Positions 36,067-51,200 of a stretch of DNA of 64,000 nucleotides are shown here, piece by piece. The stretch's first letter is position 1. The number at the start of each line of letters is the position of its first letter. The notes under the pieces are model-generated. The model saw only the letters and a list, made by a program, of their open reading frames with translations, searched no databases and was not told the DNA's origin. The position numbers and the translations under genes were made by a program. The stretch comes from Phoronis australis (lineage: Eukaryota; Animalia; Phoronida), in assembly GCA_002633005.1 (NCBI GenBank), contig NMRA01000952.1, positions 25,817-89,816 on the forward strand. The letters run 5' to 3'.

Positions 36067-36090
36067 CTGTCACTAATATTAGTAATAGTA

Positions 36091-36121
<31 letters not shown>

Positions 36122-36145
36122 CTGTCACTAATATTAGTAGTAGTA

Positions 36146-36179
<34 letters not shown>

Positions 36180-36203
36180 CTGTCACTAATATTAGTAGTA
36201 GTA

Positions 36204-36237
<34 letters not shown>

Positions 36238-39200
36238 CTGTCAATAATATTAGTAGTAGTAGTAGAAGTAGTAGTAGTAGAAGTAGTAGTAGTAGCTGTC
36301 ACTAATAATAGTAGTAGTAGTAGTATTAGTAGCAGCAGCAGTAGTAGTTGTTGTTACTAACATTAGTAGTGCAGTAGCAGTAGCTGTCTCAAACATTAGT
36401 AGTGTAATATTGGTTGTTGTCACTAATTTTAGTAATGTAACAGTAGTAGATGTCACTTACTTTAGTAGTGTAGTATTAGTATCGGTCACTAACGACGGTT
36501 ATAGCCTAAAGTCTCCTAGAGTACGCTGAAAGCAACGGTTTATACTCCAAAGCACGGCCGAGCTATACCTCTGGAAGCAAGAGTTTGGAAAACGATCGCC
36601 ACACCTTGGGCTCTGTTTGTACCAAAACAACAAGTCCTATCTTGGGCTCTTTAAAAATCACAAGAGGTGTTCAAATTTCATGTTTATCTGCTAAAAATGT
36701 GGTTCAACAGAAAAGAACGCAAGGAATGACCAGCCAATAAAAGAACATTGGTCAGAAAACCCCGAAAATTAGTGTTATTTCGCTATTTTGAAAGACGTTG
36801 GAATAGCTCCATCAGCGGATTAAAAAGGGTTTTTACATGTTTATACGTTTACAACGGAATTCCTTAAGAAAAGTTTTGTTATTAATAGAAATGAATAATT
36901 AATGTACAGATGGCACACTGAGCATGGAACAAGTAATCTTTTTGGCAGTCATTTCGGATTCCAATACAGCTGCAGATATTTATTCCAAGTATGTCGCTGA
37001 TGGTATCACATATGTTCAAGTTACAACAAATCACTTCCAAAAGATTACTGGGGTTTTATTTTTATCTAACGCTGGTAACTGATATGGATAGTGGCGGCCA
37101 GACTATAAATCCAAGGAGGTGACTATACTTGGGGGCAGATCACGTGACTACGGAACTTTTTTGAAAAGAGCATGGAAAATTCCACTAGTAATTAAAGGTT
37201 CTTACTCAATTCACAAAATGGAAGAATTTCCCTTAACTGTCTATGGTATACAATAAGTGGAATGAGTTTCGTGAACGTAAGAATGACGTACAAACACCAC
37301 GTAAAATTGTGCGAGTATGCTTGGGACGTTACTACCAAAATGGTAGCCATTGAAGCGTGTACATGTATTCGCGATATAGTCTTCGATTGTAATTGTGAGG
37401 CATTTCATAAAACACTCAGTTGCCATCATTTTTCGGTATATCGTTGTGTTAAATATGTCATCTCATAAACCAGAAAAGAATGGATTTCAAAAATCAGTCA
37501 ACCAGGGGTTGAGTATAGGCTATCGAGTAGCAACGTAGTAACGCACCATGAGTTTACTTTTTAGTCAGACAATTCCATCACTGCTTTACACATGACTAGT
37601 TGTTACCGGAACTGTGACTGATACAGTGCTGTAGTGGTAAAATTAAAGGTAAATAGGCCCCCAAAGCCCACCGTACCGCTTTGAGCACTGAACGTAACTT
37701 ACGGTGCGTAGGCGTGGGCGCTGCCTTCAAATGTCAAAAGTTGGTTGGCTGCGCTTACGTACGCCTAAGCCCCACTACAGCACTGGGCTGATGATAGGAG
37801 TTCAAGGTCTGCCACGAGCATGTCAAGATAGTGATGATGGTGATGTCAGATGATCATTGTGACGACTTGATGACAACGCTCACGGTGACAATGACGTCGA
37901 TGATGACGATAAAGACAACGGTGGCGACGAAGAGGCTGATGATCACAACACCGTGAAGTTGATGATGCTGAGGGTGGTGGTGATGATGAGGCCGAAAATT
38001 AAAGAAGGCGTACCTGCATTTTTTTGTCCTTGAAGAAGGTCATCTTGACTCTAAGTTTGACCGTGCTTTGTCGGTAAAATCTGAAGGCACTGAATTCAAT
38101 GTATATATTGGACGTAGTTGCATTTGTTTCCGGCACTTTCGCATTTGCATGAGGTACATCGGTGCTTACACATCTGCGAAAAAAATACAAGACTTAGACA
38201 TTTATCAACCGTGAAATGCATGGTGCCTAAGTAGTTTAAAAAGGGCTGATTACACTTTGGGCGACATGAAGCTTTATCTGTTCTGAGGCAGCTCCTTAGA
38301 TGAGACCTCTAATTCATTAAGCTTGCGAATATGAGTAACCGTGCCCTTACCACACACAGACTTTCAAAACAGAGATCCACGCTACAAGGCAAGCAGATCT
38401 TACCCAATTGTTAGCCATTTACCGCACCCTGGTCATAATTTTGTACCCGTCGTTCACGCACTCGTTCTCTTTGACACCAGGCATGATTGCGGTCCAGAAA
38501 GCACTACCCTCGCGAGGCTCAGTGTTGAAAAACCTTCGCTCATGGAACAAAAACGGTGGATTATATCTCATTCAACATCCCAGACTCGCAGACCAATCAT
38601 TGGATTTCGTTTCGTAGACGTACATGTAAACTGAAAACTTTGTCCTTCTCTTGTAATCCATGGCGACATTTCGCGAAGTCTTATATGTTCTTGCGTTTTT
38701 GCGTGTTCTCTGGGGTGTTCGGAACGCCTCCCATTGCATGACAACGGCCTCCCATGACAGCAACTTACCACCACAGCGACATTTGTTTCCTACTTGATAG
38801 AATTCGATGAAAATCCAAATTGAGCAACTGGCATGGGCTGCGTTGTGTTTTGCTCGTTTCGCTTTGCAAAGCAAGCGACGGTCATGTAATCTCATTCGCC
38901 TGTACTCTTGTCTATACATTCCCTACTTACCTATTCTTGATCAGATACATCGTCTTCCCTCGTGGAGAAATGGAGTATACGTCATCAACCAATGAGCCCT
39001 TGTAAACTGAAAGTAATCTGACGGCATTAGCAACATCGTCTTTATCATACCTTACAAGTATATGCCCAGTGTAGACAGTTGATGCCTAAAGCGTACGTTT
39101 AAAGCCGGCATACATGTTTTGTATCACTTTTTCCTTACCCAGATTTAAGATTATTTCAAGGCTAAATACGGATTGCCAATGCCATATCGCTGTCAATGAA

Positions 39201-42200
39201 ATTCACGATAAGTTGGGTTGCTTCATGCGTCGAGCACGGTCAGAATCTGAAAGTTGGTTTCGTGAGTGTTAAAGCCTAACTTCAACGGCATTTTGTTATT
39301 TTAGATGTATTGGGTTAACCAGGTTCATGTATAGTCCTAGCAAAACCTTAATGAAATAAGAAAATGCGAGTTTAATCACCCAAATGTAAGAAAAGCAATC
39401 TCCGAGCAGTCTTCTTCGAGTTTAATGGGTAAAAAAGTCAGCTTTCCAAGAATTATTACGAAAGGATTAAGTTATTAGCATTTACCCTTTATAAAAAGAT
39501 TTTGCATTTGGGACATTAGGCTACAATGTATTGAACTTCAAACCTCGGACCACAAACTTTTGTTAGTTTGAGTCCCAAATAATGTTTTTAGCCACTGTCT
39601 AAATGGGTGTAGATTCTTCTAGGACCAGATTATGCATACAAATAAAGCTTAGGGCCCATTTGGGACATTTCACAGGTATTGTCGGAGCCACAAAAATTAT
39701 TTGAAACATTTTGGTTATTTTCATACTCTCAAATATCCTCTCGGAGATGAACGTTATGCAAAACATGGCAAGTCACGTGATTTTCAGTCTTGAGAATAAA
39801 TAATAACTGAAGTCTGCACGCGTGCAGAGAGCGTTCACCTACTTGGGGAAATTTGAGCTAACGAAAACACCCGAGGTGGCCTTGGAAGTAAATGTTTTCA
39901 GTGCATGCTCGAACTTTGGTCATTATGGCCAATCGTTCTCTACTAAGTTTGAAAGTCAAGCAGGTTAAATTTGAGGCTCCGAATATATTCAAGGTGTGGG
40001 GGGCCCACGTCAAAGAGGGAAATGGGAAAAAACAATTATCGCAACGAGGGGAGGGGTGTAGCTCGAGAATTGTGATTACCTGGAGTGTAAAAAATTTTGG
40101 TGTTCTAGGGAGAGTGAATACCGCGAAGGCAGTGGAGTGGTGGAAATTGCGCGCCAGAAGTGTCTACTGTAACACTGTTCGGTGACGGATTTGGAGGGGA
40201 GGGCAAAGTGGGCCACGGCCCCGCCTAAGATTCTCTCAGATTCCATTTGGCAGTTTGGGGGTGCAAATGTCTGAGGGGGAAAAATCCTGTCTCTTGTACT
40301 CTGTCCTTGCCTCCCCCTCCCATCCCCCAACTCAAAATCTTGGATCAGCCCCTGCTGTAAGAGAAGTTTTCAAATTATAAAAACCGTTCAAGCAATGAAA
40401 CTGAAAAATGCCAAATAAAAAGAGTGAAGTCATTGTTAATTTAGCTTTATTTTCATAATAAGGAATCGATATTTACATGAATTTCAGCTCAGTTTGTTAA
40501 TAATATCACAGTATACAAACAGCTGGCCAGTGAGTTCAGACATCGGTTTACCGGATGTAAACATGCCCACGCCAAATACCTGGTTAAAATTAACAGCCAA
40601 TGAAAACCATCGTTCTAGTGCGCTTTACCTGGCCTTCACAAGCTATCCGTGACGTCAGCGCGGGAGGCCCGGGAACCAGGTTATTCCAAAACGTGACAAG
40701 AGACGGACAGAGGAAGATGTTTCGCCTGGCTTCAGTCATGGATTAGGTCTGGTATTAAATCTAAAGAGGCTACTACTTGTTCAAAGGACAAAACTTAGTA
40801 TATCGGTAAAATGATGTTATTATCCACACCACATGTAAATTCTTCAGAGTTTCGTGACCTTATATTGTTTTCACACGAGTAATATAGTTTGAAATGTCTC
40901 AAACAATTTTCAGCAGTGGCTGGAATATTTCACATTACAAAAAGAGCCAAATAAAACCCCAACGTACATAGTATCCAACTGCTATCAGTAGTTTGAAGGC
41001 CAAACAAACTTTTCTATGTTAAAGGTGTAATGTATCTCGTGATTTTGTGACACAAAACTGCTCGTCATTCGTGCCGCTCGTTCACTCCTTGTCGCTATCA
41101 CACCGTAATTTTAGTGTCCGCCAACCAATGGACATTCAGATGATATGCAGCTTGGTTTGATAACTGGTTTAACACTTTCGAAAAACAGCGTAGATCTTTC
41201 TAAGTAATACAAATGTCTACTGAAATCCCCCATTTTAACAGTCCAACATCTTCGAAGTATGCTCACCCGGTACGTAATGACTTCAGATTTAGAAATCATT
41301 TCCATTTTTGTTAGTACAAACATTGCCAAAAGGCAACGAATATCGTATAGTCAACGCGACAATATTCACGTCTGTAGCTGTAGGTGAAGTCGAAGGAAAA
41401 AGGGTGAGGTAATCAGCCATCTTCCAGTTGAATCGTCACTGTGTCTTGGTTATTTTTTGTTGATTTTAGAAGTCTCAATATCCCGGTTTATAACAGATAA
41501 AAATGCCTTTTAACTGCGGTGACTCGAGTGTGAAACCGAATGTACGATGAGGTTACCTCATTTGTGCACAAAGTTATTGAAACTGATATGATCTGCAAGG
41601 GGTCAGTGGAGTTGCAACCTTTACAGCCCATCCCCATATTCATTTCTTCCTCCAAGGCCACATCATCAAGTTCGCCCTTTGTTTGTATTGATCAAGTTAC
41701 AATGGATTTATTGTAATTCCCCTGACGGTCACACTTCCTTGGCTACTAAAACTAACCCAGCCTAACAAGCAAGTTTACGAGCACGGTCGGAAGCAAATAA
41801 GGATGTGTTGCTTTTTCTGAAACGTATAAAAAATTCTAATATCTGAAATATTTTTTTCGTTTACACCCTTAACTGTTAGGGTCTTATAGCAGTCAAATTA
41901 GCGATGATTTATGGGATTCAAAAAGCAATACTTTGTGATTACCGGTACTTGTGATCAGGCTTCACAATGTCACTATTTTATGTTGCGAGCTTTGTCACAC
42001 TGAATAACTGCCAGTTTATGACAAGCAGAGAAATTTTTTCCCATGTCATGTACTTGCAGGTTGAGAGTAATGTCATTGCCGATGGCGTGTGGTCTACATC
42101 AGAAGTTTATCTGAGTTAAAGTTTCACCCATTTAAGGCTTCAGCCATCGTATTTAAACAAACGGTGATACTTAAAAGAGAATAGCAATAAACGTAATCTT

Positions 42201-45200
42201 TCGGAAAGTGTATTGCATCTAATTATAACCTTCCAGAAAACTGTTTTAGACGGAGGCTAGAACTTTTTTCTCTTTGACACTTTGCCGTTCTTAATCAATC
42301 AGGTAAAGTGAATAATGAGTGAAATTCAACCGCTATATTTCAATATTTTACATACTGCATCTACTTGAGAAAAAGGTTGCACCGTAATACTTACGCGAAG
42401 AACTGTAGTCAATATCTAAGCAGAGCCAAACGGGAGCCCCAAGTAGGACAAATGAGACTTGGGCCCCGAATTTTTCGGCAAGAGTCATAGGTTTAACAAC
42501 TGGCACACTAACACGGCCGGGAACAACTGCAATGGTGCTGTAAATTACAGAAATAAGACCTGGAATTATTGGCTGCAGAAATTGTTAAGAAAACTGTCTT
42601 GTCATTGAGGGAGAGATGAGGTGAGACAGAAAAGGCGCGGTCGGGAAAGAGCCGAGAGAGGAGGTGGGTATCCGAAGGAAACTCAGTTGATAACGGAGTC
42701 GGAGAGCGAGATGTGAAAGGAAAAACAGAGAGAAAGAGGGTGTATACGTAGCGAAACGTGCATGTGTACCATGTGTACAAAAACACTAACAAATTTTTAA
42801 AGTACTAAGAAATAGGTTTACCTAGGAAACTTCGTAAGACAGAAATGTAGAAAGTTAAGGAAAATCCGATGTTGCCTTATTACAGAAAGCTCTCAAATGT
42901 ACATACAGTGTATGAGACCTCCATAATACAGAAAATGCTTTCTGTTTCAGTTAATGTATTATTTGTTCAAACACAAGTTAAGATATTTCCTTTCCGACTT
43001 GCCGCCGTTGTCAGTATTGGACTTGTAGAGCTGGCAGAGTTTCATGCAACTTATTAATAATATTTGTAACCCGAACTACGCAGTCTACTCATACGACTTT
43101 CTTTTATTCCTTGCAAAACTTTGAGATTCCTGGAATGAAAAACGCCATTCGTCCTCATAAAACACCACTCATCCCTAATAAAACCCCATTCGTCCACAGG
43201 TAAACATCAGTCATCACCAATAAAACACCACCCATCCATAGTAAAACACCTTTTGTCCCTAGGAATACCTGTACACTCTTCATCCCTATAGTCAAACATC
43301 GCCCATCCAAGTGAAACACCATTCGTCCTTAGTAAAACACAATTCGTACCCAGTAAAACACCATTCACCTCTAGTAAAACACCATTTATGTATACATGCA
43401 GGTATATTTGTATGATGTCTTACTTTTTTAATTATTTATTGTCTGTTTTTAATTATTGATATCTATATTTTAGTTAATCATCTTGTCGTAATTTCTTTAT
43501 CTTCTGTTTATCATGTTTTATTTTTTATTTTAAGTCATCAATCTTTCCGTGTTAATTTCTTATTCTTTGCTTATTATTTAAATATTGTCTTTCATTTTGT
43601 AATTCTGTTTTTTTCTTACTATCTGTTTGATTTTATTGAAGGCCCCCGTGGAAAGCAGTGTGAACTGATGGGGCTACCCTCATTGTAACTATTACATTAA
43701 TAAATAAATAAAATTCGTCCCTAGTAAAACACAACACAATCACATCAAAATACTTTTAGTCACCATTAAAACACCACCCATCCCCATTCGTCCTTAGTAA
43801 AACAACAATCGTCCCTAGTAAAACACCAATCGTCCCCAGTAAAAAACCATTCGTCCGCAGTAAAACACCATTCGTCCCCAGTAAAACAATAGGTTTTGTC
43901 CCCAGTTAAACATCATTAATCACAAGCAAACACCACCCCTCCGCAATAAAACACCATTTGTAACTCATAGTAAACACAACTCGTCCGCAGCAAAACACCG
44001 TTCGTCCCGATAAAACACCACCCATTCCTAGTGAAACATTCGTCTACAATATAACACCATCAATCCACAGTAAAACACCATTCGTCCCTATTAAAACACA
44101 ATTCGTCCCCGTAATAAAACACCATTCCTCCCTAGTAAATCACCAGTTGTAAATAGTTTAACACCATTCGTTCGCAATTATACAAAATTCGTCCATAGTA
44201 AAACACCATTCGTCCCGAGTAAAACACGATTCGTACAAAGTAACACATAATTCCTCCCTAGTAAAACAACATCCGTCCATAATTAAAACACCATTCATAC
44301 CCACTAAAACAACATTTGTCCATTGTAAAACACCATTTTTATGTAATAAAGCACCAACCCTCCCTGGTAAAGCACCAGTCGTCCTCAGCAAAACACCATT
44401 CGTTCCTAGTAAAACACCATTCATCGATCCCTAGTAAATCACTTTTCCTTCCCAGTAAAACACAATTTTTCCACAGTAAAACACAATTTTTCCCAGTAAA
44501 ACACCATCTGTCCCTAGTAAAACACCGTTCGTTCCCAGTGAAACACACTTCATTTCAGTCGAACACAATTCGTCCCCAATAGAACACCATTCATTCAAAG
44601 AAAATCACTATTCGTCTACAATTACTAAAACACCATTCATCCCTAGCAAAACACATTTCGTCCCCAGTAAACACCATACTTTCTCATTAAAACACTATTC
44701 ATTCCCAGTAAAACACCATCTGTCCCTAGTAAATCATCATTTTTTCTAGAAAAATATCTTTCGTCCCCAGTAAAACACCATTCGTTCCTGTTGAAGACCA
44801 TTCGTCCCTAGTAAAACATCATTCCTTCCTAGTAAAATACATTTCGTCCCCAGCGAACACCATTTAATCCCCAGAAAAACACTATTAGTCCCCAGTAAAA
44901 CACCATTCGTCCCTAGCAAGACACCATTCCTTCCCAGCAAAATATCATTTCTTCTCATTGAAACACCATTCGTCCTCATTAAAACACCATTTTTCCCCAG
45001 TAAAACTCCTTTCGTCCCCACTCAAACACCATTCGCCCCTATTAAATTACCAGTTCTCCCTCATTCGTAGTAAAACAATTTCTTGGTGCTCCATGTAGAC
45101 AAAAAAGTGTGTGAACATTTTTGTATAAATGTTCAAACATGAATATATTTATGAATATGGATATGTGTATACGTGCGTGCGTGTGTGTGTGTGTGTGCAT

Positions 45201-48200
45201 GTGTGTGTGTGTGCACGTGCTTGCATGTGTGCGTTTATACATTATATACAGGAACAAATACATGTACGTACCCATTGACTCCAAACGTTTCGTTGATGAT
45301 AACCGACGGACCAAGCGCGGTCACGTTACAACTGATAGTGGTTATTGTATCCTCGTGCGTGTCGAACGGATATACATAGTGAATTCTCACCTTGAAGCTG
45401 ACCATGCCATCGCCCTAAAACGAACGAGTGACTGTTGTTAAAAAGAATGCTGGCCATAATATAGAAGGCAGATTTTGGTTGTGGGCTTTTTTACACAATA
45501 AACTACTTATTTTGAACTACCGTTCCACGTCCACGCTCGTCACAAAATGTTAAATTTCAGACTGCAGTTCAGTCATTGATTAACTCCAATTAAGTATAAT
45601 CATCAAATTCTAAAATATATTTTTGCGCCTGAAGAAGATAACGATAGAATTCGACGGGTAGTGTTTGACTGACTAGAAGTGCGCAGTCCAAATATTTCTC
45701 ATTTGATCGTTATCGCTATAGTGATTTTCATCTCCATACCCTTACCTAAGTCCTTCAGTGAAGGGTTTGTAGTTCTAAAGCACCCATCCTGCTTAATGTT
45801 AGCTGGCAAATGGTCCATTTCCATACAGAATCAACTAATTCTAAAACAATCAATGTTATCAAAAGATCCATTTCTTTTCAAAATCAAATAGTTATAAAAC
45901 ACCCATTCTGATTAATGTTATCTGGCAAATAGTCCATTTCCTTACAGAATCCAGTAGTTCTAAAACACCCAATCTCCTTAATTTTCTCTGGCAAATTTCC
46001 TATTTCCAGAATCAAATTGTTCTAAAACACCCAATCTGATTACCGTTCTCTGGAAAATGGCCTATTTCTAGAATCAAATAATTTTGAAACACTCAATGTG
46101 CTAAGTCCGTTCCTGTTCAAAATATTTTTAAATGACTTAATCAAACGTCTGGAAGAGTCTGATAGTCAGGCCAAGGCTATTTGTATTGACATCGACTCTC
46201 CAGACATGTTATGTTTATTGTATGTTGATTACATGGCAAATATTGTATATACACCAAGAGAGTTACAAAAACAATTTGGGATAGAGGTCAATGTTGATAA
46301 AACAGAGATTAGGGTTTTTCGAAATGGTAATCCTCTGGAGAATATTGAGAAGTGGTCACATCGTTTGCAACCAATGAACACAGTATCTTAGTTTAAGTAC
46401 TTAGGTTGTATTTTCTCTTCTAGAACATGCTGGAGTAAAAATTTCCACGAAAAAGCTTCACAAACAAGGAAGGCTATGTTTGCTTTAATGAGATTTTATT
46501 GACAGATCTATCAATGGTCTAAACTGCAAATTGCCTTGCAAATGTTTGATAAAACAATAGCACCCATACTGCTCTGAGGCTCACAAGTGTTAGGCTATCA
46601 GACCCACAAAGCCATTGGTAATGTGCAGGTAAGCTTTCCTGAACAGATATGATTTAGTATTACATGTACGCTATTTTATGTAAGGTATGTTGCTTCGTTC
46701 TCATTATTGTATTGTTTTGATTCCAGGGTCAGTGACCCCATTTGTTCTCCCAATATTGGTTTAATTGTACCACGTGACTTGTCTGTCTCGTCGCAACACT
46801 GTGCCATCGTCCATAATTCTCTTCAATTTGTGTATTTTTCAGTCAATTTTTCTATCCCTCTGTCCCTCAATCCACTTTCTTATTTTTTTCCTTTTCTATT
46901 TACCCTCAATTTTCCCAGGTCGATGTCTCGGTGTCATCCATTTTTGCAGCTCACCGTTTATACATACTTATGTTGTACCTGCAGTAGTGCCGATTGTCCT
47001 GCAGATTGTCACTCGCCTTCAGAGCTCAACGTATTATATAACTTTTGTGTTTATCGATATCTGAAGAATTTTAGTATGCCATAAAGGATTGCCCATTCTA
47101 AGAATGGGAAGGTAAAGTCGATTGTAATGGTGAATTAACTTTGTATGCTGAAGTTTTCAGTCAAGATTTCTGCATTGCGCAATACTTAGACGTGATACAA
47201 AATGCAAATCTTAAAAAATCATAATTGAAATAAGACACTTCAATCATTAATTAGGGGTAAAAGTGATAGGGAATTGAGAAACTGTGTGATTTTCTAAAAG
47301 TTTGGAATTTCTGTAACTGAGGACGAGTTCCGCCTTATTACAAACTGAACTTAATATGATGATATATGAGATACGGTCATTCCAGGATTTAAAAAATTGC
47401 CCATATTCTACATTCACTGGGTTAATGCAAGACGTCCACAAATGCTCAACCTGTGAAAATACCTCCAAATCAAAAAAAAATAAAATGAGCATACACGATG
47501 GACTGTGCATGTATTTTTCAGTTATGTTATTGGAAGCCTTCAAGTTCAATAAAGTTCACTAATCTTATTTTTCTTCAAAACACCAAATCTACTTATTAAT
47601 GTTATCTGGCAAAATGTTCCATTTCCTTACAGAATCAAATACAAAAGGTTGAGGGATCAAAAATTATCTGATAAAAGATGTCTAGTTCTAAGACAGTAAT
47701 TATGACGGACAAGTGATAATACTTGAAAAAATAAGACTAGGATTTCATGACTTCGACACTTGAGTAACATACATAGAGGTAAAAAAAACTTGCAACTTAT
47801 TCATTGGTAGTCATTTCAGATCAACAAATATTTGATTAGAGGGTATTTCGAAAAGACAATCTAAAATAACTCCGACAGCCTTTCGATTTCTGTAATATGA
47901 GCAAAATTTGGCGAGGCCATGCAGAACGACTATAAGTGAAATGTGGCAAAATACATGAAAAGTAAAGTAATAGCCTCCCTTCAATGGGTATGTAGCATTC
48001 AATTCTACCCAAGAGGGCCAATCGTTGTCCAACTTTAGGCAGAATGTAAGATACGTATTAACACCAAGTTATAAACTGCCATTAAAGATGGCATATTTTT
48101 AAAGGTCAATCTCTTTTAGTTTGTTACAAGACATAAACATATATTATCAACGTTTTTGTACCTTTTCTCTATGGAGTGAGAAGAAGTAGTCAATCCTGTA

Positions 48201-51200
48201 GAATTCGATTTGTGTCTTTTAATCATGTGTCTTTTGCTAAATTTTTACAAAAATACGGTTCATTCATAGCAAACTAACGGGATCAAAAATATGACCAAAT
48301 TTCTTTCGATATAAATGTTCCAGATGATATCCAAAAAATGCTGTTTTATTTTTTTAAATAACAAAAAGTTATATTATGTTTTTTCTATCGCTCATCCTCA
48401 AAGACGTCCCATGAAAGGAAAACATATTTCAAGACCTTCTCGGAACAATTGCAAGAACCCTCACAAACTAATAAAACAGTTGTTATCAACGGGAATTTCA
48501 ACGCAAGGAAGAGTACTTTGTACTCAGATGACAATGACAAACAAGCCGGTCTCGAAATATTCGATTTTCTCCTCTCAAATGACTGTATACAATTAATGAA
48601 TGAGCCGACGCGTTTAACAGGGTATTCACATTCTTGCCTTGATTTATGTATTATAAACAATCTCGGAGTAATTGAGTCCACTCCTGTTAGACATCCCATT
48701 GGTAACTCAGACCACCACATTATAGAAACAACATTCACACTCAACTGCGCACCTACAGAGCCCGACATTATCAAAAAGATTTTGAATTAGAACCTCATTA
48801 AGATGGAAAAACTGGTTACCAACATAACCACATTTAACTGGACTGAAATACTGAATAAAAGTGACATAAATGACGCAGTCTCAACATTCACACAGTCATT
48901 CTGCAACATACTACATAACAATATCTCATCAACCATGGGAACAACAACAAACAAGACCAAAGCTTGGGTTAACAACACACTTTTATATGAAATAAATAAA
49001 AGAAATAAACTGTGCAGATGGTTTAGAAAATCTAATAACCCCGTCCAGGTTTAAGTTTTACAAATAACAGTATAACACTGTGGGAGAACTAATCTCCAAC
49101 ATCAACAATGTCTCCAAAAATTTTAAGGAATTTTGGGCTATAGCAAAACTCGAGGACAGGTGAAGCAATCATCGAATCCCCATCATCCACTCAAAAGAAG
49201 CCAACACTCAGACGTCATTTAAAACTGAAAAAGTAAGAAATTTCTTGAATGCTCCACCACTAAGAGTCACATTGCACCAACAACAAACTTACCCGCGTTC
49301 CCAAACAGAACATTAGAACACCTCTCTGACATTACAAGGCCAACCATCTGAAGTACGAAAACAACTAGAAACATCGACGAAATCAAAAACGAGAGGGCGC
49401 CTTTGAAGGTCGGACACGTGAAGACAACGCTCCGTCAATTTTGTTCTTTTTATCCTTCAAAAGTCAGACAACCATCTTGTTTCCTGCTCAACAGCATTCA
49501 TTGCAGTGGTGTCGCTACCTACATGTAAGGTCTTCTGGAAACAACATTTCATGAACATTTCGTGTCATTTGGTGAGCTTTCTCTTTCGAGTTTACAGCTA
49601 TTCCACCAAACGTTATATACCGCCATTGTAAGTTTCCCTCAAAACCCCCTGGTGTTTTTGTCTGGTGGTCATCTAGTTAATCCCACCTATGATTGCGTAA
49701 CACCCTCCTGAGGTTACCGGCATTTTAGTCAATAACCCTTCTCATTACTTGGAGGTTTGTGAAGAAGCGTCCACAGTCACTATGGCGGATCTTGACCTAG
49801 AAAAGAGACTCCAATCCATCGAAGATAGAATAATTTGGCCTTTTAAAGAAGTCTTCGATGAAGAACCGGGAAAGTTGACTTTTAAGCAATAAGACAGGAA
49901 AGTCAAGAGTTAAAGAATAAGTTGAATAATTATGAACAGTACTCTAGACGTAACTCGATTAGAATCCACGGCATTGGTGAACAGCCAAACGAGGACTAGA
50001 GGATAGACCGTGCTCACCGAGTAGGAAAAACGGCCTCAAGAAGACTAAGAAGTTCTAGTTCTGCAAATCAACCCAACCCTAGACCAATCATTGTTAAGTT
50101 TACCAGCTATCGGTGCAGACAAAGTGTTTTCACTTTGAAAAAGAAACTCAAGGGTACAAGATTCTTCATAAGTGAAGACTTAAGTACACAGAACTACCTG
50201 CTACTAAAGACAGTGAATAAAAAGCCCCAGGTCAAGTTTGCGTGATCCAAAGACGGAAGAATCTTCGTTCTGACAATAGACAATACAGTAAAGCTTATTA
50301 CAAGTGTAAGCGATCTACCATAGCGATACAAATCGCTGTTCTTCGTGACATTCGGACGTTTTGGATCTCCATTTCAGGAAATAGCCGGTGATATCGCCTT
50401 GCGAGTATGACCTTGTTTTTCGTCCTTATCCTTTTGTCCCCCTTTCCCTTTTGTGTGCCTTTCTGTACGATCAGATTTTTAAATCTTGGACTTACATTTA
50501 AGCTTCTTATGTTAACCTTAAGCGTAACTTTAGTTAAGGGATGCCTCCGAAACCCGTGTATAACCCCAAATGGTTAACATTTAGTGCAGGTCCATAAACG
50601 TCCGAGGCATTAATTCTGAAATTAAACGAGCTCAACTCTTCAAATGGTTGAAACAAAGGAATTATGATATAGTTTACTTACAAAAAACATACAGCGTTCC
50701 TGTCTCCATTGATAAATGGGAACGTGAGTGGGGTGGTCCGGTATTTTCTAGTCACGGCACTAACCATAGTAAAGGCACTGCAATTTTAATTCATCCACGT
50801 TTAGATTTTGAACCTTCTTTAGTCCAGAATGATACTTACGGTAGATACAATGTTCTTAATTGCAAAATTGCAGAACAAGATTTCATTTTACTCAATCTGT
50901 ACTTTCCAAATGAAACCAGGAAACAAGTCGAATTCCTGGATTTCATTAAGCTAGAACTCCATAATATTCTAAACAACCAAAGTATTCTTTGCGCTGGTGA
51001 TTTTAACTGCGCTCCCACAGACTTAGATAAGAAAGGAAAACTATTGTATTCCACGAAAAGTCCTGTAATACAGAACATCAACTTTTTTAAATCTAATTTC
51101 AAGTTGTACGACGTATGGCGTGAAAATAACCCAGGTGTGAGGAAATACACTTGGAGGGATAAGAATATGTCATGCCAAAGTAGAATTGACATGTGGCTAA

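Noticed and set aside
35740-36490. CRISPR-like repeat/spacer pattern or Thr-rich mucin exon of the ZP gene
   Set aside because: The 'spacers' are pure (AGT)n. Each anchor shifts the frame (T-run to Y-run to stop), and exons 6 and 7 already join in phase.
41267-41380. Possible extra ZP exon (gtgagc donor)
   Set aside because: All frames from nearby acceptors hit stops, and exons 4 and 5 already join in phase.
43135-45045. CRISPR-like array or repeat-protein ORFs (NGVLLGT / KHHSS repeats)
   Set aside because: These are head-to-tail diverged 21-bp units with no unique spacers and no cas genes, in a eukaryotic intron. The ORFs arise because the unit length is a multiple of 3.
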